The translations under genes and the position numbers were made by a program. Under the pieces are notes generated by a model that saw nothing but the letters and a program-made list of their open reading frames with translations, ran no database searches and was not told the DNA's origin. A stretch of DNA of 64,000 nt from an archaeon (lineage in GTDB: Archaea; Nanobdellota; Nanobdellia; Pacearchaeales; GW2011-AR1), in NCBI GenBank assembly GCA_043810775.1, contig JBDRNU010000007.1, positions 1 to 64,000 on the forward strand, in the 5' to 3' direction. This document shows positions 47,150-55,275 of this stretch, in pieces; position 1 is the first letter of the stretch; every line of letters starts with the position of its first letter.

Positions 47150-48310
47150 TCAATAATATTTCTCTAAATGTTTCTTTTTTCTTGCTTCATATTCTGATAT
47201 TGATTCCCCAGATTTTCTAAAGATTTTTGGGGGTTTTTCAGGCTTCCCATATTGTTTTTCAAATTCTTTTGCTTGAGAATTAGATAATTGACCAGAAAAA
47301 TACATTTCTCTTTTTACAACAAAATCACTAGGTTTATAGTCATCTCCTATTGAATATTCAACTCTTCTTTTATTAGAGTCATAATTTGAATTATAATCTC
47401 TTTTATTTAATTTCTCACTTTTTTTATTTACATCATATGAAGGTGTATTATCTTTACCTCCAAAAACACCATCAACAAATTTTTTATTTAAATTAGAAAA
47501 TGATTCCAGTAAACTTCCGCTTTCTTCTTGCTTTGGTTGGGGTGGTGAGGTATAGGTTTGCGTAGGTTTTGATGATTGAATTGAAACAGGGGGAGTGTAA
47601 GTTAGAGTAGGAGCAGGTTTAGGGGTTGGTTTTGGAGTAGGAGGGATATAGGTTTGAGTTGGCTGCGGTGTTGGTTTGGATGCTTCTAACCCATTAAGAA
47701 CATTATCAGGAACTTCAATAATTATATTATTGCCTTGAATTTTTGATGGTTTTGGATTATAATTTGGGTTATTTTCTTCAGAAGAAGGTATGAATATAAT
47801 ACTTCTCTCTTTATTTTTAATTGTATTTCTCGTCGTTCTTGCATCAATTTCAGTAAAAGAAGTTATTTGTTTTGGAGGAATATACGGCTGTGAAATTTCC
47901 TGAGGAATTGGGGTTTGTTCATGTCTAGATATAAAATTAGCCACCTGATATATTACTGTAAGTATTGTACCTGCAGCAGCCAATCCCCCAATTAACCATT
48001 TTAGTTTGCCTGATTTTTTTGCTGGTGTAATTTGAGTGGCAGAAGGTTGTGCTTTTGAAGGTTTTGGTTTTAGACTAGCCCCCTGCTGCTTATTTAATCT
48101 AGCAATATAAATTCCTTCCCATCCTTTTTTTACATTACTATAAACTCTAGAAATATCTTGATACTCAAGTCCGCCATCTCTTAATTTACAATAATGTTCA
48201 AAGTCATTTATTTTTATTTCAGAATCAACCTTTCTCTCAAGAGGCTGTCCAGCTTCTCTACCTAACTTAACTAGTTCAGCTTCTAAATTTCCTTCATCCC
48301 CATTAGTCAT
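47150..48310 (-). CDS. Orphan single-TM protein with N-terminal helical repeat and Pro/Thr-rich linker
   Basis: TM WLIGGLAAAGTILTVIYQV; PTPKPTPKPAPT tract. Confidence 0.7.
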   Translation of the reverse strand: MTNGDEGNLEAELVKLGREAGQPLERKVDSEIKINDFEHYCKLRDGGLEYQDISRVYSNVKKGWEGIYIARLNKQQGASLKPKPSKAQPSATQITPAKKSGKLKWLIGGLAAAGTILTVIYQVANFISRHEQTPIPQEISQPYIPPKQITSFTEIDARTTRNTIKNKERSIIFIPSSEENNPNYNPKPSKIQGNNIIIEVPDNVLNGLEASKPTPQPTQTYIPPTPKPTPKPAPTLTYTPPVSIQSSKPTQTYTSPPQPKQEESGSLLESFSNLNKKFVDGVFGGKDNTPSYDVNKKSEKLNKRDYNSNYDSNKRRVEYSIGDDYKPSDFVVKREMYFSGQLSNSQAKEFEKQYGKPEKPPKIFRKSGESISEYEARKKKHLEKYY

Positions 48311-48344
48311 AAAAACAATAAGAAATAGAAATATAAATATTTAT

Positions 48345-50132
48345 CTAAAAGATAATTTCAAAGTCGCCAAGCTCTTTCTTCAATACTTCAAATATCTTGC
48401 TAGTGCTCTTAATTATCATCTTGTCCTTTTGTTCAGTCAGTGCTTTTTTCAGCTCTTCTTCATTGCTGTCCACAAGCTTGCTTGTTATCTTGCTTATTTT
48501 TCCCTCTTGAATTAAAAATGAAGCAGTATCGCTAATAATTAAATCATAATGCTTATCTCCTGCTTTTATTCCAATCCTGCCTTTCTGCAAGCTTACTAGC
48601 TCGCATCTCTGATTATACTCAATCAAGTGATTTAATAGTATGGAAGCATTTTTCCTTGCCTCTTCAACACCATGCTTGTCCAGCTTGCCCTGCTTGAACT
48701 TATTTTTTGAAGAAACCAGCTCTTTCAAAATCCTCAGATAAGTTTCAGGTAGCTTTCCCTTGTCAATAAATTCAGTTTCAAACTCCTTAATTATTGCAGC
48801 CTCTCCTTTCTTGCCAAATACTGATTGAAGCATCTTAAACACATCACTGTAAATCTGGTCAACAGTCTTTTCATTAAACCTTTTTTCAATCTGCTTTCTT
48901 AATTCCTTAAGCCTTTTCATATAAGATTCAAAGTCTTTTCTCAGTTCATCGATTTCTTTTCCGCTGACTTCCTTTACTTTTTCATGCTCATATCCCTTGT
49001 AAAGCTTCAAAACCCTGTCTAAAATATCAACATACTTCTTTTCAAGCATTTTCTCTTTATCAACAAAAATTTCTTTCATCATTGGAACAGTCTCCTTAGT
49101 AGTTGGAGGAGGCAGTCCGTATAGCATAAGTATTGCCTGGCTAGGCGTCAAAATTCCCCAATAAATATCTCCAATTGCAATATCCAATAATCTTCTTTTT
49201 ACTGTTTCAGAAACTTTATCACCCATAGACATGAACATATCAATAGCTTCTGGGCTAGGTTTTAACTTGCCCATTTTAAGCAATAGCTTCCATGGCATAA
49301 AAGTTCCCTTGTCAAATAAAGGAACACCATCTCTAATCAGTGTAAAGAAAACAGGATTTGCGTCTTTAACTCCATCCCAGAATTCAGTTAAAATATAAAT
49401 CTGCACATTCAGCTTGTTTTTAACTCCAGCTAGTTCACCAGCCTCAATAATATAGCTGTAAATTATGCTTCTTAGCTTTTCTTTTAGCTCTAATCTTGGC
49501 ATTCTCTTAACGTCAGTGTCATCAATTACAATCCATACATCAACATCAGAAGTTTTAGTAGTGTCTCCTCTTACGAAACTTCCTGAAAGAATATAACTTA
49601 CCACATATTTTTCAAATTTTCTTAAAACTAGGCTTTTATGAATTTCAGAAACTCTCAAGCTTCCTAAAAAGCCCTTGTCATGCAGTGGAAAAGACATTGA
49701 ATATGCAGATACAAGCTCAAACTTGCTGTCTAAGCTTGCATTAAAAATATCAACTGGCGTCTTAATATGAATCCAGAGTTTCATCTTTGTATTTGCAGCC
49801 ATCTTAATTATTTCTGGCTTGATTTTTGGAATAGATTTGAACTTTTCTTCAGGAATCATAACTAATAAGTGAATTGGCTTTTCTTTCCTTTCAGCTTCAG
49901 GGACCTGTTCCTCATCTTCTACTTTTTGCGCAGCCTGCGGAGGTATGATTCCTATACTAAAAATAAAAGGATACTTCTTAATCAAGTCTTTTTTCAGTTT
50001 TTCAAGCTTGGTTCTTGTTTTTTCCAAGTCCTTTCTTACACTATCAGGAATATCAGAAGGAAGTTTTTCAGAATTATACTTGTCCTTTACCTGCTTCATG
50101 GTTTCTTCAACGCCTTTCTTTTCCTCTGTCAT
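48345..50132 (-). CDS. Tandem nucleotidyltransferase + HEPN-like protein
   Basis: ILSGSFVRGDTTKTSDVDVWIVIDD; preceded by a degenerate NT-like domain; helical C-terminal domains. Confidence 0.82.
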   Translation of the reverse strand: MTEEKKGVEETMKQVKDKYNSEKLPSDIPDSVRKDLEKTRTKLEKLKKDLIKKYPFIFSIGIIPPQAAQKVEDEEQVPEAERKEKPIHLLVMIPEEKFKSIPKIKPEIIKMAANTKMKLWIHIKTPVDIFNASLDSKFELVSAYSMSFPLHDKGFLGSLRVSEIHKSLVLRKFEKYVVSYILSGSFVRGDTTKTSDVDVWIVIDDTDVKRMPRLELKEKLRSIIYSYIIEAGELAGVKNKLNVQIYILTEFWDGVKDANPVFFTLIRDGVPLFDKGTFMPWKLLLKMGKLKPSPEAIDMFMSMGDKVSETVKRRLLDIAIGDIYWGILTPSQAILMLYGLPPPTTKETVPMMKEIFVDKEKMLEKKYVDILDRVLKLYKGYEHEKVKEVSGKEIDELRKDFESYMKRLKELRKQIEKRFNEKTVDQIYSDVFKMLQSVFGKKGEAAIIKEFETEFIDKGKLPETYLRILKELVSSKNKFKQGKLDKHGVEEARKNASILLNHLIEYNQRCELVSLQKGRIGIKAGDKHYDLIISDTASFLIQEGKISKITSKLVDSNEEELKKALTEQKDKMIIKSTSKIFEVLKKELGDFEIIF

Positions 50133-50172
50133 ATTAATTACTCAAAAGAAGTATATTTAAAGCTATTGGTGG

Positions 50173-51354
50173 GTGTATGCAAATTTTTATATAGTTATAA
50201 ATAAAGTGATTTTCATGGTTTTTGATAGCCTAAGGGAATCTATAAGTGATTTGAATAAAAGACTTGTTAGTAGAATTACAGGCGGCAAGAAAAAACAACA
50301 AGGGAAAAATCCACAAGTTAAAACTAAATCGTCAGTGCCAACTCCCCCTTCAATCACTAGAGAAAAAACTCCTCAAAAAGAATCTATTTCTATTTCTCCT
50401 AAAGAATTAGCTCCTTCTGCTCAAGAATCAGCAGTAGAAAATTATATGCGAAATTATCCAGAGCAATATAAGCAGGAGCAGGAGTTCAATCAATTTAAAC
50501 AGACTCTTTATAATGCAGAAGCTAATAGAAAAGCAGCTTATACTCTAGCTTACTCAATTGGAAAAGACATACACGGAAAGGAAAAAATAGAAGTATTAAA
50601 TTATTCAGCACTAACTGATTTAAAGCCTATTTTTTATGAAAAATATAATAAAAAATCTTTTAGAGGAGTAATTGCAGCAGTTAAAACTCCTCAGGGAAAA
50701 AAGCAAAATATTCTTACAGCTAAGACAGTTCATAATCTTCTTAAAAAGCTAGAAAAAGACGGAATAGAGCCAGTTTCACTTGAGCAAAGAATTAAGCTAT
50801 TTAGAGAAAGGCAAATAAAATCAACTAAGCCAGTTGATATTTCTGGCACTACTTATAGTGAAGATGTAGGATACGCATCTTTAAGAAAAATGAATGACGA
50901 GCTTAAAGCTCAAAAAAAACCTCCAGCTTTCCGGTTTCCAGGTGAAAGTAAACCAATATATGAATATATTAAAGAGCCAGAACCTCCAAAAGTTGATTCA
51001 AGTACAGGCCAGCTAATAAAGCCCAAAGATCCTAGGCAAGAATTAAGGGAAAGAGTTAAAAAAAGCTATGAAAGCATAAAAAATATTCTTGGAAAAGATA
51101 TTAATCTAATTATTAAAGATTCAGAAGAAAACGAGCTTTATCGCGGAAAAGATTCACAAGCTATTTATCAGGTTCTCTGGGAACAGCTTGGGCAAGATAC
51201 CTATCCACTAAGCTTTTCATATGAAGGTAAGTCTGACCCTTCAAAGCTCTATGATTTAATTTTTTGTGAAAAAATAGATTCAAATCTTCATGAAGAGCTT
51301 CAATGCCACTACTGGACTATAACTAGAAAAGAGTCACTTCAGCTTAAGGATTAG
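50173..51354 (+). CDS. Hypothetical protein (start probably 50215)
   Basis: 393-aa ORF; no motif recognised. Confidence 0.65.
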   Translation: MYANFYIVINKVIFMVFDSLRESISDLNKRLVSRITGGKKKQQGKNPQVKTKSSVPTPPSITREKTPQKESISISPKELAPSAQESAVENYMRNYPEQYKQEQEFNQFKQTLYNAEANRKAAYTLAYSIGKDIHGKEKIEVLNYSALTDLKPIFYEKYNKKSFRGVIAAVKTPQGKKQNILTAKTVHNLLKKLEKDGIEPVSLEQRIKLFRERQIKSTKPVDISGTTYSEDVGYASLRKMNDELKAQKKPPAFRFPGESKPIYEYIKEPEPPKVDSSTGQLIKPKDPRQELRERVKKSYESIKNILGKDINLIIKDSEENELYRGKDSQAIYQVLWEQLGQDTYPLSFSYEGKSDPSKLYDLIFCEKIDSNLHEELQCHYWTITRKESLQLKD

Positions 51355-51667
51355 CTTGCTCATTTTTCCTTAAGTAAGGCCCTCCATGAACAATCTGCAT
51401 TCTTGAAGAAACTGTTTCTTGGAATTCTTTAAAATGATAAACTACAGTTCCCCCAACTTTTTCTACATCAAATGATTCTTCCCAATACTCTGTAGCACAA
51501 TGATCATGGGGCTGTTCAGGGAGTTTTGGAGGAGAAGCTAATAATAAAATATTTTCATATAAAATCTCTTTAAATCTGTTTTCATCTGGAATATGCATAC
51601 CATTACTAAAATGCAAGTGAATCTTCACTCTATCTTCAAGCTCTTCAACTTTTTCAATTACAGGCAT
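51344..51667 (-). CDS. Hypothetical protein
   Basis: 107-aa ORF with a TATA-like element upstream. Confidence 0.6.
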   Translation of the reverse strand: MPVIEKVEELEDRVKIHLHFSNGMHIPDENRFKEILYENILLLASPPKLPEQPHDHCATEYWEESFDVEKVGGTVVYHFKEFQETVSSRMQIVHGGPYLRKNEQANP

Positions 51668-51706
51668 TAAAGTAAATACTTAATAGAATATTTAAATTTT
51701 ATTATA

Positions 51707-51919
51707 CTAAGTTGCTAGGAACTTAAGCACTTCATATACTAAAAAAGCAGGCCATACTAATGCTTTTAAAAATCCAAGAACTCCATTCCAAAAGCCAGTT
51801 GCCTGCTGTATATAATATACTGCAGCTCCTAAAAATCCTAAGAAATAAGTACAACCTCCACAAGCACCACTGCATGAACCACACTTAAGTCTTTCTTTAT
51901 CAGTTTTTCTTCTTGCCAT
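51707..51919 (-). CDS. Small membrane protein with Cys/Gly-rich N-terminus
   Basis: CGSCSGACGGC followed by YFLGFLGAAVYY...LKALVWPAFLVY. Confidence 0.7.
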   Translation of the reverse strand: MARRKTDKERLKCGSCSGACGGCTYFLGFLGAAVYYIQQATGFWNGVLGFLKALVWPAFLVYEVLKFLAT

Positions 51920-51973
51920 GTTAATATTAATAATTTAAGTTATTTAAATCTTTAGAAATATAAACTGTTTATT

Positions 51974-52135
51974 TCACTTTCTCTTCCTTGATTTGATTAC
52001 TAGAAAGGTAATTAAAATTATGAAAAATAATGCAGTTCCTGAATATGCTAAAAAATTACTTTCTGGATTTGGAAAAAAGAACAAAGTAAGAACTCCAATA
52101 ATAATGATTATTAGGATTAAATTATTGATTTTCAT
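51974..52135 (-). CDS. Small two-TM protein (53 aa)
   Basis: Manual translation MKINNLILIIIIIGVLTLFFFPNPESNFLAYSGTALFFIILITFLVIKSRKRK. Confidence 0.5.
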   Translation of the reverse strand: MKINNLILIIIIIGVLTLFFFPNPESNFLAYSGTALFFIILITFLVIKSRKRK

Positions 52136-52144
52136 TATAAAATA

Positions 52145-52251
52145 TGGGCCTGCGCAGAATTGAACTGCGGATCTACTCGGTGTAAACGAGTCGTCATTTG
52201 CGGGCTTCTAAAATGATTATTTCAAGAAGCTAACCACTAGACCACAGGCCC
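52145..52251 (-). tRNA. tRNA-Val(TAC) with 34-nt non-canonical D-loop intron (52198-52231)
   Basis: Acceptor gggcctg/caggccc, anticodon arm actcg-tt-TAC-ac-cgagt, T arm cgcag-ttcaatt-ctgcg; bulge-helix-bulge gtgg-tta / ccgc-aaa. Confidence 0.92.
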
Positions 52252-52257
52252 ATTAGA

Positions 52258-53157
52258 CTAAGAAGATTTACTCATTAAAAAGCTTTCTGTTTCTTTAGAA
52301 GTTGGAATTTTTCCAATTTTAATAAATTGTTTAAACTTAAATAAATTTTTAGGATTTGATGAACCAATAATCTTATAAAATTGATTAATTTTATTTTCAC
52401 CATAAATAAGTATTCCTTTATTATACTTACCAACTTTTATTCCGAGATGATTAAAACCTAAACAAATTGAATCTCTAAGAGATTCTGAAGTTACTGACAA
52501 ATGAATCATTGCTTTAGAGTGAGGATGTGCAGATAAACTTCCATCTGTGTCAAATAATCCTCTAATACAGTATGAGGTTAACTCATTATTTTTTAAAATA
52601 TACTTTGGTATCTTTATTTTATGATTTAATTTCTTCCCCTTAGGAAATCCTATTTTTAATAAGTATTCTGAAATGGGTTTGCTATACATAATTAATCGTA
52701 GTGACCTATTAGCATTTGATAAGTTTATCCTAGGAGTCATATTAAATAGGTTTTTCAAAAGCTTTTTCAAATAATTCTCAAAATATTCTCTTTCAAGAAT
52801 TTTATCGCCACTAATACATATTCCTTTAAGATCAGAATAGAGACATCCATCTCCAAGCATTATCCCATAAAATTCTGCAAATTCTTTTGTATTTTTGCTT
52901 GGTAATAAATATGGTTTAAAATATTTATTACCAGATTTTTGCCCCCAATATGGTTCTAAAATTTCAATTTTGCTTTTGAAATCCTCAAAAGATAATTTAG
53001 GATTTAATCTAATAAGCTTTCTAAAAACTGATAAAGGAATTGTATTTCCTTTAATCAACCAATCATATCTTAGAGTATATTCACTAATACCTAATTCTTT
53101 AGCTAAATAAATAAAGCTTTTACCATTTTTTATTTCAAAAACTAGTGAGTTAATCAA
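52258..53157 (-). CDS. Free-standing HTH + double-motif LAGLIDADG endonuclease, possibly inactivated at the 5' end
   Basis: FAEFYGIMLGDGCL and CIRGLFDTDGSL; N-terminal LAKELGISEYTL; upstream in-frame ATG 53211 is interrupted by TGA at 53191-53193. Confidence 0.85.
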   Translation of the reverse strand: MINSLVFEIKNGKSFIYLAKELGISEYTLRYDWLIKGNTIPLSVFRKLIRLNPKLSFEDFKSKIEILEPYWGQKSGNKYFKPYLLPSKNTKEFAEFYGIMLGDGCLYSDLKGICISGDKILEREYFENYLKKLLKNLFNMTPRINLSNANRSLRLIMYSKPISEYLLKIGFPKGKKLNHKIKIPKYILKNNELTSYCIRGLFDTDGSLSAHPHSKAMIHLSVTSESLRDSICLGFNHLGIKVGKYNKGILIYGENKINQFYKIIGSSNPKNLFKFKQFIKIGKIPTSKETESFLMSKSS

Positions 53158-53245
53158 TTTTTTTGAAATTTTGACTCTTTTTTCAATAAATCATTGCCCA
53201 ATTTTATTCATACTAATTAAACCACTATAATTTTTAAAAACATTT

Positions 53246-53845
53246 CTATTCTAAATGTTTTGTATAATTAAAGGATTCAAATTCACTTCTTCCTTCTTCA
53301 TCAATATTTACTATAGAAATAGTGGCATTTTTCCTCATAACATATTTTTCAGTATTTTGCAATGTATCTCCATGCAAATATGAAAGAAGGCAGGAAATTG
53401 GCCCTCCATGGCTTACAAAAAGCACAGATTTATCATGATGTTCACTTCTAATTTTTTCATAAAACTTTATAACTTTTTCCCAGACCTCTCCCATTGTCTC
53501 CCCCCCTTCTGGTTGAAATTCCCACCACTCTTGCCCTAATTTTTCTAAATCATTTTGACTCACTTCTCGCGGTTTGCCCTCATATATTCCCTTTGACTGT
53601 TCTCTTAATTCAGGAATTTTCCTCATTTCAACTTCAGGATGAAACTTTAAAATTTCTTCAGCAGTTCTTACACATCTGTCCAAATCACTTGAATAGCAAT
53701 AATCAATTTTATCATCTTTAAGTTTTAAAGCAGCTCTTCTTGCTTCATCCTCTCCTTTAAGAGTTAGTTTAGAATTAAAATGCCCTTGAGAGATTTTATT
53801 TAAATTTGCATGACTTTCACCATGTCTTACTATATATAATCTCAT
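53246..53845 (-). CDS. Histidine phosphatase (phosphoglycerate mutase family)
   Basis: IVRHGES, SSDLDRC, LREQSKG, VSHGG. Confidence 0.92.
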   Translation of the reverse strand: MRLYIVRHGESHANLNKISQGHFNSKLTLKGEDEARRAALKLKDDKIDYCYSSDLDRCVRTAEEILKFHPEVEMRKIPELREQSKGIYEGKPREVSQNDLEKLGQEWWEFQPEGGETMGEVWEKVIKFYEKIRSEHHDKSVLFVSHGGPISCLLSYLHGDTLQNTEKYVMRKNATISIVNIDEEGRSEFESFNYTKHLE

Positions 53846-53867
53846 TTTATACTGTAGAAATTCTACT

Positions 53868-54161
53868 TTATAAGCTGCTGCTTATATTCCCGCCGCATAA
53901 AAGATATAATGAAGGTTTCTTTTCGCCGCACTTATGACAAGTAACTTGTGTTTCAAAATGTTCCATTATTCCAGATAAGCCTTTCTCACAAATAAATTTT
54001 AGCTCGTCATGCTTTTGTTCACTCATTTCAACTTCAAGAACTCTATTATCTGGATTAAAATCCAAAATACTTACATCCTTGTATATTTCAGACTCCCTTT
54101 CAATTTTTTCCCAGTCCCACTGTTTCTTAAGTAAAATTCCGTATTTTGCCATATTCTGCAT
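53868..54161 (-). CDS. Hypothetical protein
   Basis: 97 aa; C-terminal CHKC. Confidence 0.5.
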   Translation of the reverse strand: MQNMAKYGILLKKQWDWEKIERESEIYKDVSILDFNPDNRVLEVEMSEQKHDELKFICEKGLSGIMEHFETQVTCHKCGEKKPSLYLLCGGNISSSL

Positions 54162-54323
54162 ATATTTAAAGTATTTTTAAACTTTATGGCACTAACAAAA
54201 TTTAAATATAAACAAATCAACAGAAAGGTTAAGAGAGAGTAAAAGAAAACCGTTAGGTGTTCATCACCCCCGAGGCATGTTTAATAGGAGGGTTTGATAA
54301 AGGGAACCTTTGGTGCCCTTTAT

Positions 54324-54395
54324 GCGCCAGTAGTATAGTGGTTATTATACGGCGTTGCCAACGCTGTGGCCCGGGTTCGACTCCCGGCTGGCGCA
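54324..54395 (+). tRNA. tRNA-Gly(GCC)
   Basis: Acceptor gcgccag/ctggcgc, anticodon arm cggcg-tt-GCC-aa-cgctg, T arm ccggg-ttcgact-cccgg. Confidence 0.95.
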
Positions 54396-54592
54396 TTCAT
54401 GGGATTGAAAAATCCCATTTTATTCTACCGGTATTTGGAGAGAGTACTCTGAAAGTGATGGTTTCGAATCACGAGCGATTTCACGAGTAAAAAGCAATGT
54501 AGCCCAGAACGAGTGAGGTCGCGAGAAGGCTGGCGCATTTGACTTTGCTATATAGTAAGATCAATAAGAAGTCAGGTGCGTCATTGGCGCAT
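54386..54592 (+). repeat. Repeats of the tRNA-Gly 3' end flanking structured sequence (att-like)
   Basis: ggctggcgcatt at 54386-54397 and 54528-54539; tggcgcat at 54585-54592. Confidence 0.65.
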
Positions 54593-54609
54593 ATGATTTC
54601 ACTATCTAA

Positions 54610-55248
54610 TTAGTCTGCCATCATAGGCCCATTATCTATCATTAAAAGAGCAGCTTCTATCCCAATATCTAATTTAGCTGTTTTATAGCCTTTATCACCT
54701 TCAACTGCATCAGCTCTATGAAAAGTATAAGCTCCTAAATCTCTAAACTCTCCAAACTCCCTTATAGCATCTATCATGCTTCCACTATATCTTAAAAACC
54801 CATTTGGAGAAGCCTGCATACTAGCAGCCTCTCTCAGTGTCTCATAATCTCTTGGATTAAAACTCCTTACTAAAATAACTTCTCTCTTATCAAGATTAAT
54901 CATCCCTACACTTTTCCCATTAGAAATAAAGCACTTATCTATAATACACGAACTATCTGGGAATCTTGCAGCAACAAAACCATTTTCCTCAATTAAGAAT
55001 CCCTCTTCATCTTTCTGAGCTAATAATTTTTTTATTGTTTTATCTTCGAGATGTACTCCCCTTATATAGTTTCCATATCTCATTAAAGCAGTTGCATAAC
55101 CCTCATCACCTTTGTTAATAATTCTAATACCCTTCACACAGCTGCCTAATCTAACATCAATCCCTTTTACTACATCCTTCCCTTCTACTAAATCTCTTAA
55201 CCCAAATTCATAAGTTCTAAAAGGATTAGTATTATGGATTTTTCCCAT
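54610..55248 (-). CDS. Hypothetical protein
   Basis: 212-aa ORF downstream of the thermosome gene. Confidence 0.65.
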   Translation of the reverse strand: MGKIHNTNPFRTYEFGLRDLVEGKDVVKGIDVRLGSCVKGIRIINKGDEGYATALMRYGNYIRGVHLEDKTIKKLLAQKDEEGFLIEENGFVAARFPDSSCIIDKCFISNGKSVGMINLDKREVILVRSFNPRDYETLREAASMQASPNGFLRYSGSMIDAIREFGEFRDLGAYTFHRADAVEGDKGYKTAKLDIGIEAALLMIDNGPMMAD

Positions 55249-55275
55249 TTTATTTAAATTTCCCTTATTTTCATC

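Noticed and set aside
47520-47680. Pro/Thr-rich DNA repeats
   Set aside because: Explained by a low-complexity protein linker.
53191-53193. Genome-wide TGA recoding
   Set aside because: TGA terminates conserved genes at their expected ends (trpS, gltX, rpl35ae, thermosome).
54257-54490. 77-aa ORF
   Set aside because: It overlaps the complete tRNA-Gly on the same strand.
54610-55248. Diadenylate cyclase (DAC) domain
   Set aside because: LAQKDEEGFLIEENG only loosely resembles the DGA motif and no RHR motif is present.
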